Below, one piece after another: positions 38,170 to 47,752 of a stretch of 64,000 nucleotides of DNA (position 1 is its first letter; each line of letters begins with the position of its first letter). The notes beneath the pieces are model-generated. The model had not been told where the DNA came from. It saw only the letters and a program-made list of their open reading frames with translations, and searched no databases. The DNA is taken from the IMG/VR virus record IMGVR_UViG_3300036770_004060, positions 1,120-65,119 of that record; one strand, 5' to 3'. Source of the DNA: a virus. The position numbers and the translations under genes are program-made.

Positions 38170-38280
38170 TATATCAGTATAGCGGTAATATTATATCAGT
38201 ATAGAGAATGTTAAAACGTGGGTACTACATAGAGTATATTGGAATGTAATAGAGTATATTGGAATGTGGGTACTACCCAC
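38170..38280. repeat. cluster of direct repeats
   Basis: TATATCAGTATAG x2 (38170, 38192); ATAGAGTATATTGGAATGT x2 (38229, 38249); GTGGGTACTAC x2 (38218, 38266); hairpin GTGGG-TACTA-CCCAC 38266-38280. Confidence 0.9.
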
Positions 38281-38493
38281 CTAAACCCTACCCCTAGCCT
38301 TTAAAAACCGAAAGTCTGCTATTAATTACTTACTGTATTAGGTATTATTGGTTAGTATTAGGCATTAGTTACTAGTATAATCAGCTAATCATTATGGTTG
38401 TTATTACTATACGTATATTGTTAATTATACTATTCTTAATTCTACTAGTGTATCGTTTTAGTATAGTCCGTAAAGAAAAGTATAAATACGTAT

Positions 38494-38509
38494 AGTTTCA
38501 CGTGAAACA
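38494..38509. promoter_or_regulatory. parS-like site AGTTTCACGTGAAACA
   Basis: 15/16 match to the chromosomal parS consensus TGTTNCACGTGAAACA; perfect 14-bp palindrome at 38495-38508. Confidence 0.7.
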
Positions 38510-38790
38510 TAGTAGTATTACGTACTAATAATAAGTACTTGATAATGAATATAATACGACTTGTAAGTTAGAGTAGAAAATGATGTAAAATTAGCTAAAG
38601 TGTTGATAATCAGGGTGTTACCAATAATATTTCTCTTTCAATAAATAGTTACTATGTTGGTTATTTACTTTATTATTATAATTGGTGTGTCGTTATAATA
38701 GTGTGTGTGTCATTTGGGGTTGCGTTTGGTTATAAATGTTAATTTTTGTTAAAAATAATCAATTGAATATTTTGAATCAAAATAATTATA

Positions 38791-38798
38791 TATATTTG
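38791..38798 (+). promoter_or_regulatory. early promoter -7 box TATATTTG
   Basis: Upstream of the first rightward gene; TTTG present about 17 nt upstream. Confidence 0.65.
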
Positions 38799-38843
38799 CT
38801 ATCAGAAAAAATTAAAAAGAATTATTAATTAAAATTAAAGAAA

Positions 38844-39110
38844 ATGAAAAAATTTAATCAAATCACAGGAATGTTAATTGGTTTACCAACACAATTAATT
38901 GTTAAAGATAAGTTAATTTCTTTCACAGCTAACACAAAAATTTTAGAAAATGGGAGAGTATTGAAAGCACCTATTGTTGTTGAAATTTCAAAAATAAAAG
39001 GTTTTGCTATAACAGAAAAGAAAATATGTAGAGCAAGAAAAAATGTTGAGTTTATTGATGGAAAAACTCAAGAAATAGTTTGGCAAATGATGAAATATAC
39101 AGTGAAATGA
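38844..39110 (+). CDS. early hypothetical protein (88 aa)
   Basis: First ORF after the promoter. Confidence 0.6.
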   Translation: MKKFNQITGMLIGLPTQLIVKDKLISFTANTKILENGRVLKAPIVVEISKIKGFAITEKKICRARKNVEFIDGKTQEIVWQMMKYTVK

Positions 39111-39126
39111 AAAAAATTAATAAATA

Positions 39127-39312
39127 ATGGACACGAAAGAATTTTTTGAAAAATACGATAGAGCTGAAAGCGAGGTTAAAAAAAAAATAGACACACTTGA
39201 TGTTGGTGAGGAAATTGAAAAGTTTTTTTGTGGTTCTTGTAGTTGTGAGATAGAAGTTACAGATAAGGAAGTAGGGCTTTGCGACGAATGTGGTTACGAA
39301 TTGGCAAAATAA
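39127..39312 (+). CDS. small Zn-ribbon protein (61 aa)
   Basis: CGSC...CDECG. Confidence 0.6.
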   Translation: MDTKEFFEKYDRAESEVKKKIDTLDVGEEIEKFFCGSCSCEIEVTDKEVGLCDECGYELAK

Positions 39313-39351
39313 TTAACTTTTAACCAATTTAATAAATTAAAAAGAAAGAAA

Positions 39352-39699
39352 ATGAAAAATTCAAATGAAAAAAAAATTGTCGCCTTTCATATAGGTAGAG
39401 GTGGTAGATTCAAAAATTCAGGTTATCTTACTTTTATTGGAGAGAATGAGATAGGTAACTACATTGACGAGTTATTCATCAACGATAACCTAGTATATGT
39501 TGATGGTTCGGGTAATAGTGTAGGGCTTACAGATAATGACGTTAAAAATGGAATAGGTACTATCGACATTGATGGAGCTTACGACACTACTTACACTAAG
39601 TTATTAAGTGAATGCGATGACAGAGAAATTGAGGCTATTCGTAACTCTTCTGAATGGAATAAGGATGAATTACTTGAATTGTTGGGTGAGAATTATTAA
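39352..39699 (+). CDS. conserved Bacteroidota phage early protein (115 aa)
   Basis: VAFHIGRGGRF...IDIDGAYDTTY signature. Confidence 0.6.
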   Translation: MKNSNEKKIVAFHIGRGGRFKNSGYLTFIGENEIGNYIDELFINDNLVYVDGSGNSVGLTDNDVKNGIGTIDIDGAYDTTYTKLLSECDDREIEAIRNSSEWNKDELLELLGENY

Positions 39700-39872
39700 T
39701 TAAAAATAAAAGATTATGTTTAAAATAAAATTCTTAAAAACTTACGCGGTGTCACAGTTGTATCACTTTAGTGGTGTGGCAATGTTGTCACAAGGTAATG
39801 GTTGTCGTTATTCTCGGATGTTAGAGAATAGAATAAATTTAATTAATAAAGAACTATTAAAGAGGGGAAATT

Positions 39873-40049
39873 ATGAAAAAAAATAAAGAAATTAATAAGG
39901 TTGAGCGGCACATCTTATACGAGTTGCTAAACCATGAAGCATTTTTCACGATGGACATCGAGGACAGCTTGAACTCACTTAAAAAACACTATACACCTGA
40001 GCAGGTTCAGGAAGTTTTTGATAAATATGTAGATAGTTACAGTTTTTAA
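39873..40049 (+). CDS. small hypothetical protein (58 aa, not in ORF track)
   Basis: MKKNKEINKVERHILYELLNHEAFFT... Confidence 0.55.
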   Translation: MKKNKEINKVERHILYELLNHEAFFTMDIEDSLNSLKKHYTPEQVQEVFDKYVDSYSF

Positions 40050-40209
40050 TTCTTTATTATGTATTATGTATAAAAATATGTATAAAAAAAGGAGAAAGGT
40101 TGTTAGGTTACAACGTAAAATATACACGTTAACCGACATCTTAAACTATTGGGATAGCTTCAACTTAAATTTATTTATCCAATTAATTAACGCTAAAAAA
40201 TAAAACACT

Positions 40210-40449
40210 ATGAAAGAGAAAGATTTTAAAGTTAATTTACATGAATTTGAGGATAAGTTTGAACATATATCAAACGTTATAGTTCGGAATGATAGGAGAG
40301 AGATGTCGCAAACTATATTTGAATTTTGCTCGGACGAGCTTGAGGATGACGATATTAAGTTAATTGCTGCGGAAAGTAAGAAAGAACTTAGAAAAAGATT
40401 AAAGAAGTTAATTGAATACTACTTTAATGAGTTAATTTTAAACAATTAA
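40210..40449 (+). CDS. hypothetical protein (79 aa)
   Basis: ATG ORF with A-rich leader. Confidence 0.6.
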   Translation: MKEKDFKVNLHEFEDKFEHISNVIVRNDRREMSQTIFEFCSDELEDDDIKLIAAESKKELRKRLKKLIEYYFNELILNN

Positions 40450-40543
40450 ACCGTGGAAAATATAGAAATAATAGAGCCTAAACTAAAATATATGTGGTGT
40501 ATTTTAGAACATCTCACGAAAGTTGTAATATAAATAATAAAGC

Positions 40544-40714
40544 ATGAATAATAAAACGAATCAATCAATACAGTTTGACAAAGATAAATGGGATTATTTG
40601 TATTCTATTTACGGAAAAAATCTTCGTGAGCGTATTAAGAATTTAGTTTACGATGGATTTAAAAAAGACTTAGAGAAATTAGAAAATAATATTAATTATC
40701 ATGAAAACAAGTAA
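40544..40714 (+). CDS. possible ribbon-helix-helix DNA-binding protein (56 aa, not in ORF track)
   Basis: QSIQFDKDKWDYLYSIYGKNLRERIKNLV strand-helix-helix pattern. Confidence 0.4.
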   Translation: MNNKTNQSIQFDKDKWDYLYSIYGKNLRERIKNLVYDGFKKDLEKLENNINYHENK

Positions 40715-40874
40715 TTATATAGCTATATCTTCAAAAGATGACTATTGGATTTGTCTAAGCAAGCCTTGTGAAAAGAAAAATGCGCTTCTTTTTAGAGATT
40801 GTTTGTCAAGAGATGAATTTTTTCACATAAAAACAGTAAAGCAGGTAAAAAATCATAAAAAAGTCATTTATTAA
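40701..40874 (+). CDS. small hypothetical protein (57 aa, not in ORF track)
   Basis: MKTSNYIAISSKDDYWICLSKP...; overlaps the previous stop. Confidence 0.45.
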   Translation: MKTSNYIAISSKDDYWICLSKPCEKKNALLFRDCLSRDEFFHIKTVKQVKNHKKVIY

Positions 40875-40883
40875 TTTTTAAAC

Positions 40884-41090
40884 ATGAAAATAGATAAAGA
40901 ACTTTCTGAAATTGTTAAAAACGATAATAAATTCAGAAAAATAATGAGAGAAGAAATGGCTTTTAGCTGGACTTTAAATTTAAGAAACAACTCTAGCATA
41001 ACACATTTGTATTATCCCAATAAATTTGAAGACGAGTTCATAAAATGCGACATTATTAACAGTGAATTTGAACTTCAAGAAATAAATTAA
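40884..41090 (+). CDS. hypothetical protein (68 aa)
   Basis: ATG ORF. Confidence 0.55.
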   Translation: MKIDKELSEIVKNDNKFRKIMREEMAFSWTLNLRNNSSITHLYYPNKFEDEFIKCDIINSEFELQEIN

Positions 41091-41248
41091 AACTATGAAA
41101 ATTAAAGAAATTATTAGACAAAATCGTAGGACATCAAGAAAAATATGTTATTTGTAGGACAAGAAACGAGAGAATATATTTAATAACCGCACGAAGCCAA
41201 GCATGTTTTATATTGTGTGTTGTGCGTAGTGCTTTAATAATCAAAACA

Positions 41249-41536
41249 ATGACAAAATCAGAATTTAAACAAAAGTATTTTACCAATAATTTTTATTGGG
41301 TTGATGAAAAAAACTACGAAAAACTTCAACAAATAGGGATTGAAGTTGGTTGCCTTTGCCATACTGGCGATGCTTCAATTATAAAATGGCACGAAGGTTT
41401 TAAAAACTTGGGATTTAGAACCTATGAGAAAAATAATAATATAACAATGTTTCAAAAAGAGCCTTTCTTGCTACATACCGAAAAAGCAACTGATTATGAT
41501 GAAATGATTTGGGCTTATTCGGAGTATTGCCAATAA
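41249..41536 (+). CDS. hypothetical protein
   Basis: ATG 41249 (MTKSEFKQK) preferred; stop codon sits in the TAAC start of repeat R1. Confidence 0.6.
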   Translation: MTKSEFKQKYFTNNFYWVDEKNYEKLQQIGIEVGCLCHTGDASIIKWHEGFKNLGFRTYEKNNNITMFQKEPFLLHTEKATDYDEMIWAYSEYCQ

Positions 41537-41576
41537 CTAATATATATGCGTAACAAAACAATTTAGTAACTTAAAA
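41534..41576 (+). repeat. intergenic hairpin repeat R1 (TAACTAATATATATGCGTAACAAAACAATTTAGTAACTTAAAA)
   Basis: Homologous copies at 42830, 43429 (partial), 45142 and 40481 (variant). Confidence 0.8.
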
Positions 41577-41584
41577 AAAATAAT

Positions 41585-41788
41585 ATGTGGTGTATAGAAG
41601 CAAAGGCAAAAATTGATATTCTTTTAGGGGTAAATGAACAGAAAGATTTTTTTGTAGTAAAAAGTGGCGATACCATTACTGTAACCAAAGGCAGAAATGA
41701 AAAGTATGCTTTGTGGCATCATACTGGAATATGGGACCTACCAAAAGAATATGTCGGTGAAACTTTAAGGGTAATTTCTAACTCGTAG
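41585..41788 (+). CDS. hypothetical protein (67 aa)
   Basis: ATG ORF after R1. Confidence 0.55.
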   Translation: MWCIEAKAKIDILLGVNEQKDFFVVKSGDTITVTKGRNEKYALWHHTGIWDLPKEYVGETLRVISNS

Positions 41789-41792
41789 TTGT

Positions 41793-42749
41793 GTGGTGGG
41801 TATTAAAAATAAAGATTTGGAAGTAAATAAAATATATCACAATGACTGGATGAATAACCAACTACCTGATAAATCGGTGCAGTTGATTATTGCAGACCCA
41901 CCATATTTTGAAGTGAAAGGTGAATTTGATTTTATATGGAAATCATTTGATGACTATTTGAAAGACGTTGAAAAGTGGGCTATTGAATGTAAACGCTTAC
42001 TTACTGACAATGGAACACTTTTTTGGTATGGCAACTCAAAGAAAATAGCATACAGCCAAATAATACTTGATAAGTATTTTAACTTGGAAAACTCTTTGGT
42101 TTGGAGAAAAAAGGATAGCATTCAATATCAATATTATAGCCCTGATTTGGCAAGGACTTTTAATACACATAACGAAAGGCTGTTGATGTATTCTGCTAAA
42201 GTATTTGACAAAGGAAATCCATTTGCTGAATACCTAAATTACAAATTGAAATTTTACAGCATAAAAACAAAGGAGGTGCAAGAGTTATTTCCAAGTCGAA
42301 CAGGAGGGTTAACTGGGTGCGTTTCAAATTGGCTGAATGGAGATAATGTAATGACGGAAGAACAATATTTGAAAGTTCAAAATAAGTGGGGCAAACATAT
42401 TTTTGATAAAGAATATAAAACACTTATTGACGAATACGAAAAAGCAAGGAGATTTTTCTACAACCCTAACAAGTATGAGGAAGTATTAGAATTTTCACAG
42501 GAAGGGCATAAAACAGGGAAATACGAACACGATACTTGTAAGCCTGAAACACTTACAAGGGCTTTAATTTTGACTTGTAGCCGTGTAAAGGACTTAGTGT
42601 TTATTCCTTTTGCTGGAAGTGGAACAGAAGTAGCAATGGCAATAAAAGAAGGCAGAAATGCAATAGGATTTGACATTGAAGAAAAGTATGTTGAAATGGG
42701 AAACAAACGAACCGATATTATTAAAGCTCAACCGTCTTTATTTTTTTAA
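41793..42749 (+). CDS. DNA amino-methyltransferase (N6-A/N4-C, beta class), orphan
   Basis: Motif IV IIADPPY precedes motif I VFIPFAGSGT; HDTCKP motif present; no cognate endonuclease adjacent. Confidence 0.9.
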   Translation: MVGIKNKDLEVNKIYHNDWMNNQLPDKSVQLIIADPPYFEVKGEFDFIWKSFDDYLKDVEKWAIECKRLLTDNGTLFWYGNSKKIAYSQIILDKYFNLENSLVWRKKDSIQYQYYSPDLARTFNTHNERLLMYSAKVFDKGNPFAEYLNYKLKFYSIKTKEVQELFPSRTGGLTGCVSNWLNGDNVMTEEQYLKVQNKWGKHIFDKEYKTLIDEYEKARRFFYNPNKYEEVLEFSQEGHKTGKYEHDTCKPETLTRALILTCSRVKDLVFIPFAGSGTEVAMAIKEGRNAIGFDIEEKYVEMGNKRTDIIKAQPSLFF

Positions 42750-42829
42750 ATGTGCGGTGGCAAAAAAAAGAAAAGAAAAAGAATGATACGACAAATGCTC
42801 AATTGGAAACGAAATGTAGCACTTGCTTA

Positions 42830-42871
42830 TAACTAAAATATATGCGTAAAAAAAGATTTAGTAAATTAAAA
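42830..42871 (+). repeat. intergenic hairpin repeat R2
   Basis: TAACTAAAATATATGCGTAAAAAAAGATTTAGTAAATTAAAA, preceded by GCACTTGCTTA. Confidence 0.8.
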
Positions 42872-42879
42872 GAAAAACT

Positions 42880-43263
42880 ATGATGATAATATACAAAGTA
42901 AACGAAACATTCTACACTAACTACGACCAAGCCTACTTAAATGCCGAAAAGTTAGGTGTAAAAGTAGAAGATGTGTACGTGGTAGAAAGTGAAGAACCCG
43001 AAGTAGAAATACACGGAGATACACTTAAAGTATCATTCGATAATGGCGATAAGTTTGAATTGGAAATAGAATTTGAAGATGTACTTGAAGATTGTTCAGA
43101 CGACCCAGAGGATGCTAGAACTCTTATTTGTAAAGAAATTGAACAAATAGACTTTATTTTTGAACCTTATAAGCACACTTTAGAGCTAAATAAGTCTAAA
43201 ATCACGGATGAATTGAAAAGAGAAATTGAATATTATGCTGAAAGAATTAAAGATAAATTTTGA
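42880..43263 (+). CDS. acidic hypothetical protein (127 aa)
   Basis: ATG ORF after R2. Confidence 0.6.
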   Translation: MMIIYKVNETFYTNYDQAYLNAEKLGVKVEDVYVVESEEPEVEIHGDTLKVSFDNGDKFELEIEFEDVLEDCSDDPEDARTLICKEIEQIDFIFEPYKHTLELNKSKITDELKREIEYYAERIKDKF

Positions 43264-43428
43264 AAATTAATAATTAAAATAAAAATCAATATGGAAAACA
43301 AATCAACATTTAAGAAGATACTCGGCATTTCTCTTTATGTCTTCTTACCAGCAGTATTTTTAAGGTTGTTTAATATCTCTGTTATTGTGAACTGAATTAG
43401 AGTTTTTAGAAGCACAAAAAGTGGTGAA

Positions 43429-43467
43429 AAAATATAGAGCACAACAAAAAGATTTAGTAACTTAAAA
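43429..43467 (+). repeat. partial intergenic repeat R4
   Basis: AAAATATAGAGCACAACAAAAAGATTTAGTAACTTAAAA retains the 3' two-thirds of the repeat. Confidence 0.7.
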
Positions 43468-43516
43468 ATAAAAAAAATGAGTTTAAATGTTTATTTAACA
43501 ATAAAAAGGTATTTAA

Positions 43517-44926
<1,410 letters not shown>

Positions 44927-44937
44927 TTTTTAAAACA

Positions 44938-45144
44938 ATGAGTAAATTAAAAGAACTAAAATTAGAATTAAAAGACTTGCACAAACATAGAGTTGAAGAA
45001 AAAGTTTTGTTTGCAAGATGCGGTGTAACTGGAAAAGAGATGAGATTAACATTTTATGGAGGCATTCAGGTTTGGCAAAATGAAAAACTGATTCGTGAAT
45101 TTGTGCAAGAGTTTCAAGCTGTAGAGTTTTTTAATGGCTTATAA
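44938..45144 (+). CDS. hypothetical protein (68 aa)
   Basis: Stop codon embedded in GGCTTATAAC at the start of R3. Confidence 0.55.
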   Translation: MSKLKELKLELKDLHKHRVEEKVLFARCGVTGKEMRLTFYGGIQVWQNEKLIREFVQEFQAVEFFNGL

Positions 45145-45182
45145 CTAAATATATACGCAACAAAACGATTTAGTAATTAAAA
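45142..45182 (+). repeat. intergenic hairpin repeat R3
   Basis: TAACTAAATATATACGCAACAAAACGATTTAGTAATTAAAA. Confidence 0.8.
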
Positions 45183-45191
45183 ATAATAATT

Positions 45192-45464
45192 ATGGATTTA
45201 AAAAAAACAACAATTCACGATGACACGGAAAACTATTATACAGGAAACGATAGTATGTACTACCCTGACAAACAAAGTAACCACCTAGCGATACTGTTAC
45301 TTAAAGAAAAAGTAAATCAATTTAAAAAAGAGCTTGATTCAATTCAAAAGAAAAGAGGATATATGTATTCTTTAAACTTTGAATATTATAAAAATAGGAA
45401 AAATGAGTTGAGTAAATGTATTTCTGAATTAGAATTATCTATTTACAAATTAAAAAGTTTATGA
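45192..45464 (+). CDS. hypothetical protein (90 aa)
   Basis: ATG ORF after R3. Confidence 0.55.
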   Translation: MDLKKTTIHDDTENYYTGNDSMYYPDKQSNHLAILLLKEKVNQFKKELDSIQKKRGYMYSLNFEYYKNRKNELSKCISELELSIYKLKSL

Positions 45465-45580
45465 AAAACTACAGAGGATATTCAATATGCCAAAAGGAGA
45501 GCATTCCCGAATCTGCGAAAATGACGTTGAATGATAACAGATGTTAGTAGTTTTTTAAATTAAATTAAATAAAAATAAAC

Positions 45581-45799
45581 ATGAAAGATACTGAATTTAA
45601 CTTTATAAAAGATGGAAAAATAGGACTTATTACAACTGATAACGGCAGAATAGTTCAACTTGCTATGACGGAAGAACAAAATACAACCATACAATTTTTA
45701 ATTGGATTATTGAGCCAAAAAGAACCACTTATAAAAATGGATGAAGAACATGACCTTGTTTTAAAGTCAACAGTTAAAAATTATAAAAAACGGCGTTAA
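45581..45799 (+). CDS. hypothetical protein (72 aa)
   Basis: ATG ORF. Confidence 0.55.
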   Translation: MKDTEFNFIKDGKIGLITTDNGRIVQLAMTEEQNTTIQFLIGLLSQKEPLIKMDEEHDLVLKSTVKNYKKRR

Positions 45800-45890
45800 T
45801 TCTAAAATTATGGAACATAACGAAATAAATATAACATATTGAATATCAATATACTTATTAAAATAAGGAATGTTTTAAACCATTTAAGGA

Positions 45891-46247
45891 ATGACTATGA
45901 AATACACAGAAAAAGAAATAAATTATTGGATGGAGCAGTACCAAATGGAAAGTTGGATAATAGAGGACAGGAAAAAAGAACTAAAACAACGCATTAAACA
46001 GGCTGAAAATGGGTTTATAAAAGAAAAACTTATCTCTCCGTTATGTAAGTCAAAAAACCATATTAAAGAACCACTATTTGCGTTAAAAGAACAGCTTAAA
46101 CAACTTGAATACGAAGAACCAGTTGAGGCAATATACCACCACTCAATAGGTAGATATAAAATGAGTGAGTTTGCCGAAATTATCAAGGAAGAACTTGAAA
46201 AAGATAAATACAAACACCTGCCAAAAATAAAAACTAACTATTATTAA
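45891..46247 (+). CDS. hypothetical coiled-coil protein (118 aa)
   Basis: ATG ORF. Confidence 0.55.
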   Translation: MTMKYTEKEINYWMEQYQMESWIIEDRKKELKQRIKQAENGFIKEKLISPLCKSKNHIKEPLFALKEQLKQLEYEEPVEAIYHHSIGRYKMSEFAEIIKEELEKDKYKHLPKIKTNYY

Positions 46248-46266
46248 TTAATCTAAAAATAATTAC

Positions 46267-46387
46267 TATATTTGTACCAGCTATTAATCAATACCGTATA
46301 TGAAATTCAAAAATTTAAGTCCTAGTAAAGATGATGCCCTTACGGTAGGGAATAGCCTTTGTCTTGAACGGACTTATTTTTTTAATC
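46267..46387 (+). promoter_or_regulatory. promoter plus attenuator-like leader of the replication operon
   Basis: TATATTTG 46267-46274; TACCGTA 46292-46298 is complementary to TACGGTA 46341-46347; TAAGTCC/GGACTTA stem plus T7; uORF 46300-46410. Confidence 0.55.
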
Positions 46388-46909
46388 ATGAAATATTCCG
46401 AGCAAATTAAAAGTGCTAAATGGCAAAAAAGACGATTAGATATACTCAATAGAGATGAGTTTACTTGTCAAGAATGTGGAAATAAAGAGTTAACACTCCA
46501 TGTTCACCATAAACAATATAGGAAAAATGCTTCTATATGGGAGTATGAAAACTGGGAACTAACCACACTTTGTGAAAAATGCCATAGCGATACACACGAA
46601 AAACTAATAACTAAAAAGGAAGAATATGTTAAACTTATTGAACTTTTAGATAAGTTTAGTGAAGAAGAAAAAAAAGGGTTATTAAGTTTATTAGATTCAA
46701 TTTGTCGTTATACTAGAAACGGAAATTTTCCAAACCTAATCTATTATTTATACATGACCGCAATTTCTAATGAATTTATTAATAGAATTTACAATGAACT
46801 AGAATTTCTAACAAAACAAAGGGAAGATTATTATTCTTTATTGGGAGAACTTCAAAAATTTCAAGAAATTGAGAATAATAATATACCTAATAAACCTTTT
46901 TTATTTTGA
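46388..46909 (+). CDS. HNH-type endonuclease domain protein
   Basis: KWQKRRLDILNRDEFTCQECG...LHVHH...WEY...LTTLCEKCH; ATG 46388 preferred. Confidence 0.8.
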   Translation: MKYSEQIKSAKWQKRRLDILNRDEFTCQECGNKELTLHVHHKQYRKNASIWEYENWELTTLCEKCHSDTHEKLITKKEEYVKLIELLDKFSEEEKKGLLSLLDSICRYTRNGNFPNLIYYLYMTAISNEFINRIYNELEFLTKQREDYYSLLGELQKFQEIENNNIPNKPFLF

Positions 46910-46912
46910 TAT

Positions 46913-47752
46913 ATGAAAGAAACTTTCATTATTAGAACTGAATGGTGGGATGCCATTTCTGAACTAAACCTAAATGACCAAGCGTTGATATTTAGGTTAT
47001 TGTTTGAGTACCATTTAGGGAAACCTATCAATAACCTAAATAACCTATCGGTTAAATTGGTTTGGAAGCTGATAGAGCCAAACCTCCAAAGAAACGTTGA
47101 ATACTACGATAAGAGAAGATTTACATCTATTGAAAACGGCAAAAAAGGAGGTCGTCCATCAAAACCTAAAAATAACCTAAAAAAACCTAAAAAACCCTTA
47201 TCTGATTCTGATTCTGATAATAATATTAAAATAGATACTAACGTATCTACAAAAGAAAAACATTTTGAGGATAATTCTATTTCCTTACAAACTAAAATTT
47301 CAAACATTTCTAATCGGGGGTCGGGGCAGGGGGTCGCCGAATCGAAAACGGAGGAATCATACATACACCCAATTTGTTTGTACATAAAAAAATCATGTCC
47401 TAACATTTCCAAGATGAAAGACCCTCTTACCAACGAAGAAGCTAAACGGCTTGAAGCTGATTTTTCCAAAGAGGGGCTACTAGAAATTTTTCAGGCTATG
47501 GAAAACTATAAAGACCTCAATAAAAAAAACAATTCGGTTAATCTAACGCTTAGAAACTGGATTACAAAAAGAAGAAGAGATGGTGATAAATACTTCGCTA
47601 TGGAATCTAGTATAAAGCAAAAAACCAAAGCAAGAGACTGGTATCTAAATCTACCGAAAGACGTTAAGCACATGGTTGACCATCAAGTTAAAGTCCTAAA
47701 AAGAAATCCAGAAGATGTTTATCAAGAAATGGCTAAACCTAACGAGATATGA
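46913..47752 (+). CDS. replication initiator (DUF6291-type N-terminus)
   Basis: MKETFII...W..I.EL......IF..LFEY...SIENGKKGGRP; directly upstream of the helicase. Confidence 0.7.
   Translation: MKETFIIRTEWWDAISELNLNDQALIFRLLFEYHLGKPINNLNNLSVKLVWKLIEPNLQRNVEYYDKRRFTSIENGKKGGRPSKPKNNLKKPKKPLSDSDSDNNIKIDTNVSTKEKHFEDNSISLQTKISNISNRGSGQGVAESKTEESYIHPICLYIKKSCPNISKMKDPLTNEEAKRLEADFSKEGLLEIFQAMENYKDLNKKNNSVNLTLRNWITKRRRDGDKYFAMESSIKQKTKARDWYLNLPKDVKHMVDHQVKVLKRNPEDVYQEMAKPNEI

Larger units (their letters stand above)
37775..38843. other. 1.07-kb non-coding divergence region; candidate genome terminus / pac / origin
   Basis: No ORF of 60 aa or more; separates leftward late genes from rightward early genes; contains direct repeats, palindromes and a C-rich tract. 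Confidence 0.55.

Noticed and set aside
38229-38267. CRISPR mini-array
   Set aside because: Only two 19-bp copies one base apart; no spacers and no cas genes.
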